This document shows, one piece after another, positions 57,314-64,000 of a DNA stretch of 64,000 nucleotides. The position numbers and the translations under genes were made by a program. The notes below the pieces were generated by a model. That model was given only the letters and a program-made list of their open reading frames with translations, was not told where the DNA came from and did no database searches. Each line of letters starts with the position of its first letter. The stretch's first letter is position 1. This stretch comes from an uncultured Candidatus Saccharibacteria bacterium (lineage in GTDB: Bacteria; Patescibacteriota; Saccharimonadia; Saccharimonadales; AWTP1-31): assembly GCA_964409615.1 (NCBI GenBank), contig CAYPDT010000001.1, forward strand, positions 307,880-371,879, written 5' to 3'.

Positions 57314-57891
57314 TGCACGCGCACCAATTCAAAGCTAAATAATGTACGATTCTGCGACCAAACACCGGTGCAGGTTTGCAAGACTAATCGGGGTGAACCC
57401 TTATAGCCAAACAACGCCTGGTTACTTGGTGGCGTATCATAAGCAGAACGGAAGGTATACATAAAAACGTGATTGTTACTGGTTGATACATAGGCCACAC
57501 TCCCTGGTTTTATCCGTGGTAGTTTCTCGAATACATTAGCGTTGTTGTGCCCATATATAAAAGTATTGCCGAGCTGAGTGTTTGCTGGATAGCTAAGCGT
57601 TGCAAACTGAGCCTTGTCTTCGTTCAACGTCCAGTCTTGTTTTTTGGCATCATAGTAGCCATCTACGACCGGTAGATTTATTCCAAGTGATGGAATCTTG
57701 ATACGAACCGGCTTGCCACTTACCTGCTGGTCTGCATTTGCTAGTTTTACTGAGGTAGATGTTGTTGAAAGTGGACTATCAGCCATGGCGCCGGGCTGAG
57801 GTTTGGCGCCAAAGAAAACAGGCCAGCCAATAGCTAGCCCGAGTGCAACACAAAATACCGCTGCAATTAATTGAATGCGTGTGCGTGTCAT
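57310..57891 (-). CDS. Sortase family transpeptidase
   Basis: N-terminal TM helix, His in FIYGHNN, Cys in LVLQTCTG, and a C-terminal Arg (NRTLFSFELVRV). The stop overlaps the GT2 start (ATGA). Confidence 0.75.
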   Translation of the reverse strand: MTRTRIQLIAAVFCVALGLAIGWPVFFGAKPQPGAMADSPLSTTSTSVKLANADQQVSGKPVRIKIPSLGINLPVVDGYYDAKKQDWTLNEDKAQFATLSYPANTQLGNTFIYGHNNANVFEKLPRIKPGSVAYVSTSNNHVFMYTFRSAYDTPPSNQALFGYKGSPRLVLQTCTGVWSQNRTLFSFELVRVQ

Positions 57892-57935
57892 AAATAACCT
57901 AAGTGCAGGAACAGATGAGCCTGACGGTTATCGAA

Positions 57936-58100
57936 TTATCGATTAACGCGTTTTGCCACCGCACTGGCGATAGTCGTAACAAAAGCGATTGACCCAACAG
58001 CAATACATGCTGTTGCGATAATTGCAGTTACTTTTGAGCCGGTGGTCGGCAGGATAATTGCTGCAGGGATAACTGCAGCTGAAAGTACTTTTCCGTACAT
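57936..58100 (-). CDS. 54-aa mini-protein consisting essentially of an LPXTG cell-wall sorting signal
   Basis: Hand-translated MYGKVLSAAVIPAAIILPTTGSKVTAIIATACIAVGSIAFVTTIASAVAKRVNR, which is LPTTG plus a hydrophobic helix plus a basic tail. AGGAG lies 8 nt upstream of the ATG, and the ORF sits 44 nt upstream of the sortase. Confidence 0.55.
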   Translation of the reverse strand: MYGKVLSAAVIPAAIILPTTGSKVTAIIATACIAVGSIAFVTTIASAVAKRVNR

Positions 58101-58252
58101 TTTCACTCCTCTTATAGCTAGAGTCTCTCTAGCAGTTGATACCGTGTTGAACTAATGTTGTTAAATATTAGTCACTACAGAGGTGATTATACATCTTTAT
58201 GACATATTGTAAAGTATATTGTTTATTAGTGTTTATGCTTTGTATGATGCTA

Positions 58253-58281
58253 TTGACATTCGGTGTTTTTCCTGATACTAT
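58253..58281 (+). promoter_or_regulatory. Sigma-70-like promoter for the GGDEF operon
   Basis: TTGACA, a 17-nt spacer and TACTAT, about 140 nt upstream of ATG 58419. Confidence 0.4.
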
Positions 58282-58418
58282 ATGTACGTTTTAATGAATG
58301 TCAGCAATGACTTGTGATTTGTATCTGGTCGCTTGAATCACAACGAGCTAGTAGCGAACCCACGGCATACTATATGTTTTGCATATATATACCTTGGCAA
58401 GTCGACCGAGGTTTTTTT

Positions 58419-58940
58419 ATGTCAAGATTTAACTTCGACCCCAGCAAAACAACCCGCCCTTTTGAGAATCTGCCTGATATGTCAGATATCGACCCCGCAT
58501 TGGCTTTGACCGATAGCGTTATTACGAGTACCCTTCGTCGACGAGCAGATTTTCAGTACAACGGTGAAATGAATTTGATGGCTGCAGTGCACCTTTTACA
58601 GACTCCTGAGTGGCGAGATATCGACCAGCAAACTGCACATACAGTACTACGGGGAATTTGCACGTTTACTAAAGCTAGAGTAGTCTGCAGGGTTGCAACC
58701 ATATCCGACAGTACAACGGGCACCCTTCTCTTGTCAGAAAGCTCCTGGGCTGGGCACGAAGTGTTTGCTACAGAAGCAAACTTAGCAGTAATGGCCACCG
58801 ATACCATGCAGAACTATGCGGCAATGGATTCACGCTTTGCCGAACCATTTGAAAAGCTTTGGGGTGACGCTGGCATTGCAGTCAGTCAACATTTTCGCCA
58901 GGGTGCACTATCGGTAATAGAAGAGCAGGGGCAAGCGTAA
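58419..58940 (+). CDS. Hypothetical protein (translationally coupled to the diguanylate cyclase)
   Basis: The start is placed at MSRFNFDPSK, preceded by GAGG. The stop overlaps the next ATG (TAATG). No motif recognised. Confidence 0.5.
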   Translation: MSRFNFDPSKTTRPFENLPDMSDIDPALALTDSVITSTLRRRADFQYNGEMNLMAAVHLLQTPEWRDIDQQTAHTVLRGICTFTKARVVCRVATISDSTTGTLLLSESSWAGHEVFATEANLAVMATDTMQNYAAMDSRFAEPFEKLWGDAGIAVSQHFRQGALSVIEEQGQA

Positions 58941-59668
58941 TGGCAGCTAGCATAAATCATGGGCGGCGCGAATCAGACCATCTTAGTGACTTAACACAAC
59001 AGATATTGGCCGGTGGTGTTGGGGCGATTAACATTGAGCAGTTCGCTACTGACAGTGAAAAATTAGCATACACTAGGCAATACGCAAAAGCTATGCAGCA
59101 CATTTTGTCGCTCACAGCATATGTGTCACGATTTGAATCACTCGAACGAGAGCGTTCTATTGAAGCGCGAGCTGCAGCTGCCGAGCGACGGTCATATACC
59201 GATGAAAAAACCGGGTTACCAAACGCACACGCACTGCGATTCGCCTACGAATCTATGCCCCGAACAGGGAGTCTACTATTTATTGACCTTGATCATTTTA
59301 GTGCAACCAACGAAACACTAGGCCACTTCAAAGCAGATACTTTACTGGGCATGATAGGGGAACGCCTGCTGAATGCTGTACGTCGAGATGAAGATACTAT
59401 TGGACGGCATGGCGGTGATGAATTTGTAGGGCTATTGCCTCATACACCTGTCGAGACTGCCATGATTGTGGCGCAACGTATTTCTGATTCAATTGCAGCA
59501 ATAACAGATGTCGAGGGTATCCCAATTTCTCAGACTGCAAGTATTGGCGTAGCTGCTCACAACGGTGAGTTAGACTACAAGACTGCACTCGAACAAGCCG
59601 ACAGTGCTATGTATATCGCTAAAGCACAGGGTCGTAATCAGGTAGTACTGCTTCCTCAGCAACAGTGA
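58940..59668 (+). CDS. GGDEF-domain diguanylate cyclase
   Basis: LLFIDLDHFSATNETLGH, an intact GGDEF motif (RHGGDEFVGLL), an RxxD I-site (RDED) five residues upstream, and ADSAMYIAKAQGRNQ. Confidence 0.85.
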   Translation: MAASINHGRRESDHLSDLTQQILAGGVGAINIEQFATDSEKLAYTRQYAKAMQHILSLTAYVSRFESLERERSIEARAAAAERRSYTDEKTGLPNAHALRFAYESMPRTGSLLFIDLDHFSATNETLGHFKADTLLGMIGERLLNAVRRDEDTIGRHGGDEFVGLLPHTPVETAMIVAQRISDSIAAITDVEGIPISQTASIGVAAHNGELDYKTALEQADSAMYIAKAQGRNQVVLLPQQQ

Positions 59669-59745
59669 TCAACCCTACTGAGATTAGGCTTTACCTCTGT
59701 CCGTATTAAGATTATGCTTATACCATATAAGTATAAAGGATCTGT

Positions 59746-61749
59746 ATGGACCACGATACCAACAACGATGCCGACCAGGCCGAAAATAATAGCGCCGAGC
59801 TACCGACAGCGCCAGAACTAGAAACAACCAAAGCAGAAGAAAATAGTAATCCTGATACACCAGAACCAGAGGAAACATCAGCAGAACCATCTTCTACAGT
59901 AACCAGCCAAGTCGAGTCGGATACAGACCTAGCATCCGATACCAGCGACAAGGTAACGTCAGACAAAACTGGAGAAAAACCAAAGAAAGCACGTTTTGGA
60001 TGGGCAAAAGCGCATAAGAAAACTGCAATTGCTATAGCCGTCGTAATCATCGCCTTAGCTGTTGGTGCTGTTTTTTTGTTATTGCGAGATAAAAAGTCTA
60101 CGCCTTCAAGTACCGGCTCCAACAATACGAACAATAACACAAAGCTTCCCAGCAAAGAAGTTGGCGACTTAACGTTTTGGGATGAGGCTAAAACGGTTAG
60201 CCCATTGAAACTATTTACTGATACGAAATTCCTTGGCGGAGTTTGTGATACCGCAACAAGCTCTACGGGCTGTGACTTAAATACGGCAGAATCGATTACG
60301 ACCTACTCACAAATTGGCACCACCAAAGATGGAGGTAAATTGATAGCCCTTACTATCGACCAGGGGCTCGATTATAATCAATACCTCATCGTCGATCACG
60401 GCAATGATGACCTGACAATCATTAAAGAAGCCAGCAGCCCAAACAACCTTGATGCCAGCAATGGCCAGGTGGCAACTGACTTCTTGAATGCCCTTACCGA
60501 CAAAGTATCGATAGATACTAAAACTTCTATCCCTGAGTTCAATTTCGCAAAAGATGTTGAAGTTGGTGGCCAAAAAATGAAAATTCAAGGTGATTACGTA
60601 AAGGGATATTACATGAATGGCGGTCTAAAGGGCATTCGTGGTATCGGATTTGGTGGCGGTCAAGTAGACACCAGCAAGGTCAAGAAAATTGGTGAAAAAG
60701 ATGGCAAAACTTTCTATGAGGTTATCAGTAATGAACAATCGACATATAGCGTAAAAGCTTTCTATGCAGCCTACAAAAACATCGTTGGTTTTCGTTACTA
60801 CCAAAACGGCGAGATTGCCGGCGCGACCGATGCGCTGCCTATTAAATGGTCAGCCGGTGAACAAAATAGTTCAAAATACTTTAGCGCTGGTGCTGGCTGT
60901 GGCTCTTCAACGGGCTTCGTGATTGCCACTAACGTATCAAGTAGCGACTTAACTCAGGTTGGTACAAGTCCTGCTGGCCAAAAAGTCTACCAGCTATCCA
61001 ACAACCATCCGCTCGTCACTGAATTGTTTGATAAAGACTACGCTAAAGGCAGTATGCTCGAAGACAGCAGCCCCCTAAAAAATCTCAGCATTCAGCAGTT
61101 TGCCGACAAGCACGCATATTTCTTAGTAGAGAACGGCTTAGGTGAGTATGTGGTATTCCTACGTGACGACCTGATAGTTCGTGGTGGTTGCGCTAAACCA
61201 GTCATTTACTTGTATCCAACTCAAGCAACTACGGTAAGCGTTGCGGTTGGGGCAGACGTGACGGTCTCTGACCCACTATACCCGAAGGGCGGTTGGCGTA
61301 ATGTTTTGGCTCAACCTAACGGGCAGCTTCGCTACCAAAACAAATCATACGACTCACTATTCTGGGAGGGTTACGGTGAGGGTGCCTATCCTGATATCAC
61401 AGCCGGAACAGTTGTTACGCGCAACGATGCACCTGGCACTATGCGACAACAACTGGCCGCACAAGGTCTTGCTGGTAAAGAAATTGAAGACTTCATGACT
61501 TTCTGGGAGCCTCGCCTACCAAATACTCCTTATGTGCGTCTCAGCTGGCTAACCAACTCTCAGCTTAACAAGCTAGCACCACTTACGGTCAGTCCTAAAC
61601 CACAGACAAGTATTCGTGTCTTCCTAGACTTTGAAGGCCTCACCCAGCCTGTTTCTATGCGACCTCAGAAATTCAGTGCGCCAGTCCGTAATGGCTTCAC
61701 CCTTGTTGAATGGGGTGGCTTAGCCCGCACCGGCCTCCAAAACCTATAA
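59746..61749 (+). CDS. Hypothetical single-pass membrane protein with acidic disordered N-terminus and large ectodomain
   Basis: An N-terminal segment rich in D, E, T, S and P, a TM helix TAIAIAVVIIALAVGAVFLLL, and a C-terminal region of about 560 aa with no recognised motif. Confidence 0.6.
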   Translation: MDHDTNNDADQAENNSAELPTAPELETTKAEENSNPDTPEPEETSAEPSSTVTSQVESDTDLASDTSDKVTSDKTGEKPKKARFGWAKAHKKTAIAIAVVIIALAVGAVFLLLRDKKSTPSSTGSNNTNNNTKLPSKEVGDLTFWDEAKTVSPLKLFTDTKFLGGVCDTATSSTGCDLNTAESITTYSQIGTTKDGGKLIALTIDQGLDYNQYLIVDHGNDDLTIIKEASSPNNLDASNGQVATDFLNALTDKVSIDTKTSIPEFNFAKDVEVGGQKMKIQGDYVKGYYMNGGLKGIRGIGFGGGQVDTSKVKKIGEKDGKTFYEVISNEQSTYSVKAFYAAYKNIVGFRYYQNGEIAGATDALPIKWSAGEQNSSKYFSAGAGCGSSTGFVIATNVSSSDLTQVGTSPAGQKVYQLSNNHPLVTELFDKDYAKGSMLEDSSPLKNLSIQQFADKHAYFLVENGLGEYVVFLRDDLIVRGGCAKPVIYLYPTQATTVSVAVGADVTVSDPLYPKGGWRNVLAQPNGQLRYQNKSYDSLFWEGYGEGAYPDITAGTVVTRNDAPGTMRQQLAAQGLAGKEIEDFMTFWEPRLPNTPYVRLSWLTNSQLNKLAPLTVSPKPQTSIRVFLDFEGLTQPVSMRPQKFSAPVRNGFTLVEWGGLARTGLQNL

Positions 61750-61782
61750 CCACAGATTGCATTGCGGTAATTCCTAGCTGCG

Positions 61783-61916
61783 CATCAGATAGCTGGGTCA
61801 TTGACTCTCCGTCAGCGCAGCCGGGTTGGTATGACAAGGAAATGCGATAGTGTTATTGCAGTTCAGTTGTCATGCCATCCGCGCGTGAGCGGTCAATGAC
61901 TTCAGTTATCTGAATG
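61783..61916. repeat. 134-bp imperfect long inverted repeat between convergent genes
   Basis: The outer arms CATCAGATAGCTGGGTCATTGAC and GTCAATGACTTCAGTTATCTGAATG pair, as do the inner arms ...GGTATGACAA and TTGTCATGCC.... The central loop is about 29 nt. Confidence 0.7.
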
Positions 61917-61926
61917 AGAAGCTAGA

Positions 61927-63039
61927 CTAGCGGAAGATGCTACGTTTGTGGGTAGATTGAAATTGCTGCAAGAGTTCTTGCTGTTGCTTGCTGAGTTTGG
62001 TGGGTGTATCAACAACCAAGGTAACAATGTGTGCGCCACGGTTTGAGCCACGCAGATGTGGAACGCCATGGCCAGACAACTTGAAGTCTGTACCGCTTTG
62101 CGTGCCAGCTGGCACTTTCATACGGACCGGGCCATCAACAGTTTTTACATCTATTTCGGTACCAAGAGCCGCACTCACCATGTCGACATGTTCTTCGCTT
62201 AGCACTAAATCGCCTTCGCGGGTGAAGTGCTTATGTGCCTTAACGCGCACGTGCACATACAAATCGCCCTTGGGTCCATTCGCCATAGCCTCGCCCTGCT
62301 CGCGCAAGCGAATTGTTGCACCGTCATCAATACCGGCTGGAATCTTAATAGTTATATTCTGAGCCTTAACTTTTGTACCTTTACCATGACAAACGGTACA
62401 GGCTTTTTCTGGAATCTTGCCGGCCCCCTTACATATATGACAGATGGCAGCCTGCTGGATATTGCCAAAGACTGTTTGCATAACGCGCATGGTTTGGCCA
62501 CTTCCCTTACAAGTATCACAGGTTTTTAGTTCATAACCTGGCTCCGCGGTCGTACCTTTACAATGTTCACAAACATCTTCAATGCTAACCCTGAGTTCAT
62601 GTTCTTTGCCAAAGATAGCTTCTTCGAAGCTCAGGTCAACGCTTGTTTCTACATCTCGCCCTCGGCTGCTTCGTCGTTGACCACCAGAGGCACCACCGCC
62701 GAAGAAACTTCCAAAAATGTCACCAAGACCAAGGTCTCCAAAGTCGAAATTAACATTCTGCCCACCAAAGCCACCTGCCCCGCCGAACGGGTTGCCACCG
62801 GGGCCATCACTGGCTGCACTCGTACCTACACCAGCATGACCAAACTGGTCATATCGTTGTCGTTTACGCTCGTCCTTTAATACTTCGTAAGCTTCATTAA
62901 TCTCTTTAAACTTAGCTTCATCGCCCCCAGCTTTGTCGGGGTGGTGCTCGATAGCCTTTTTACGAAAAGCTTTTTTGATTTCATCATCGCTGGCACCCTT
63001 GCCTACACCTAATACATCATAGTAATCTCGTTTACTCAT
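61927..63039 (-). CDS. dnaJ: Molecular chaperone DnaJ
   Basis: A J-domain (YYDVLGV...HHPDK), a G/F-rich region and four CxxCxGxG zinc-finger repeats. Confidence 0.95.
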   Translation of the reverse strand: MSKRDYYDVLGVGKGASDDEIKKAFRKKAIEHHPDKAGGDEAKFKEINEAYEVLKDERKRQRYDQFGHAGVGTSAASDGPGGNPFGGAGGFGGQNVNFDFGDLGLGDIFGSFFGGGASGGQRRSSRGRDVETSVDLSFEEAIFGKEHELRVSIEDVCEHCKGTTAEPGYELKTCDTCKGSGQTMRVMQTVFGNIQQAAICHICKGAGKIPEKACTVCHGKGTKVKAQNITIKIPAGIDDGATIRLREQGEAMANGPKGDLYVHVRVKAHKHFTREGDLVLSEEHVDMVSAALGTEIDVKTVDGPVRMKVPAGTQSGTDFKLSGHGVPHLRGSNRGAHIVTLVVDTPTKLSKQQQELLQQFQSTHKRSIFR

Positions 63040-63665
63040 TACTTATGGCCTCCAAGTGCAACCTTAATGCCAAGGGCAATCAAGATACCGCCAAAAGTCT
63101 GCTCGACACGGTGTTTTATACGGGCGAAAGGTCGGTTAATTTTCTCGTGCGACAAAACGATTGCCACAAATGAAAACCAGATAAACGTAGCGATAATCAT
63201 CTCTAGGCCGTAGACCATTTTAAAACCAACTGCTGTCTTAGGATTAATAACAGTCGTAAACAGTGCCAAGAAATAAAGCGTGGCTTTGGGGTTGAGTATA
63301 TTGGTTAAAAGACCCATCCGAATAGCTTGCGCTGTCGTTAAGTCTTTTTTTGCCTCAGCTTTAAATTCTGTCTTTTCGGTGGCTGGCTTAGCAAATAATG
63401 ACTTGATACCGATAAATATTAGGTACAAGGCGCCTACCCACTTAATGACATTAAATAAGACTATCGAGCGAGAAATAATAAGGCCGATACCTAACAATGA
63501 ATAGGTTATATGAACCATCACACCTAAGGCCAGGCCAACAGCGGCTAATACGCCTGTACGTCGCGAATAAACAAGCGAGTTGCGCATCACCATGGCAAAA
63601 TCTGGCCCCGGGCTCATAACTGCCAACTGATGGATACCGGCGATAAGTAATAATTCTTGCCACAT
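63039..63665 (-). CDS. LysE/RhtB family amino-acid exporter
   Basis: The MSPGPDFAMV N-terminal motif and about 6 TM helices. Confidence 0.85.
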   Translation of the reverse strand: MWQELLLIAGIHQLAVMSPGPDFAMVMRNSLVYSRRTGVLAAVGLALGVMVHITYSLLGIGLIISRSIVLFNVIKWVGALYLIFIGIKSLFAKPATEKTEFKAEAKKDLTTAQAIRMGLLTNILNPKATLYFLALFTTVINPKTAVGFKMVYGLEMIIATFIWFSFVAIVLSHEKINRPFARIKHRVEQTFGGILIALGIKVALGGHK

Positions 63666-63710
63666 ATAGCCTCTATTTTAGCACTTGATAGGCTTGAGTG
63701 CCAGAACTAT

Positions 63711-64000
63711 TTATGCCTCGACAAGATCGTGGTATGCAGCAGCATAAGCCATGATTGAATCAGGACTAGTATGGTCAAGGTCTTGTGTTTGCCGAAGGCT
63801 GCTTACTGCAGCTTCATGACGCGTTTCGTCATCCATTGCCAGCTGAGAAGGCGCATCAACTAAGTCTGGGAAAACAACATCCGACCCAATAATCACGCCG
63901 CCAGCTCGCTTAACCCTGTCTTGCCAGACCTGTGGCTTACACTTTTTCTTGTTGGCGTTAGGGTTTGAGTAGCAATGGTAGTCAGTTTCGCATTGCCATG
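63711..64000 (-). CDS. Hypothetical protein, 5'-truncated by the window edge
   Basis: By hand translation the reading frame stays open upstream of the track's GTG all the way to position 64000 (...WQCETDYHCYSNPNANKKKCKPQVWQDRVKRAGGVIIGSD...). Confidence 0.4.
   Translation of the reverse strand, partial: WQCETDYHCYSNPNANKKKCKPQVWQDRVKRAGGVIIGSDVVFPDLVDAPSQLAMDDETRHEAAVSSLRQTQDLDHTSPDSIMAYAAAYHDLVEA

Noticed and set aside
59684-60155. ORFs 59684-59890 (-) and 59718-60155 (-)
   Set aside because: They are antisense to the 5' low-complexity region of the 667-aa gene, whose single long frame continues for 2 kb. They have no RBS or motif support.
1-64000. Alternative genetic code (UGA recoded, as in some CPR lineages)
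   Set aside because: TGA terminates well-defined genes at the expected length (yebC at 1305-1307 and the dockerin gene at 45413-45415), and long ORFs are obtained with the standard code.
1-64000. Prophage, IS element or integrative island
   Set aside because: I recognised no integrase, transposase, recombinase, capsid or terminase motif in any ORF. The tRNA-flanking partial duplications are the only mobile-element-like traces, and they enclose only ~50-90 nt.

Overview
This is a gene-dense, mostly minus-strand bacterial chromosomal window that uses the standard genetic code (TGA terminates yebC and the dockerin gene). I found no rRNA, CRISPR array, integrase or transposase. The gene content suggests a Patescibacteria/CPR, Saccharibacteria-like organism, which is an inference only. 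That content includes ruvC, an IMPase and yebC together, a ComEC that appears by length (491 aa) to carry only the membrane core, scattered murA/murB/mraY, two sortases, and many small membrane or hypothetical proteins. Recognisable housekeeping genes are ruvC, yebC, comEC, rimK, a P-type ATPase, mraY, a folC-like gene, murB, glyA, murA (with an N-terminal HTH), dnaJ and a LysE exporter. There are three tRNAs: Lys-TTT, Lys-CTT and Arg-TCG. The main candidate for a novel system is a 16.5-kb cell-surface island at 9399-25833. It holds a class-F-like sortase and three paralogous beta-helix 'choice-of-anchor-Q-like' surface proteins that end in a non-canonical APNTG sorting signal; one paralog is broken by an 11-bp tandem duplication. 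The island also holds a decayed second sortase cassette, a 773-aa LAVTG-anchored protein, and at its centre a single 2276-aa ORF. That ORF fuses an adhesin-like GLUG-repeat/FN3 ectodomain of about 1690 aa to a histidine-kinase core. Other notable loci are listed below.
- A 54-aa ORF that is essentially just an LPTTG sorting signal sits in an operon with a second sortase and a processive GT2, divergent from a GGDEF operon.
- A DUF1704(MATCAP-like)/RimB-like/RimK operon.
- An overlapping dockerin/cohesin gene pair.
- A 19-bp perfect palindrome present five times in intergenic DNA.
- tRNA genes flanked by degenerate copies of their own halves.
All domain calls come from reading motifs by eye in the supplied translations. 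No database search was run.
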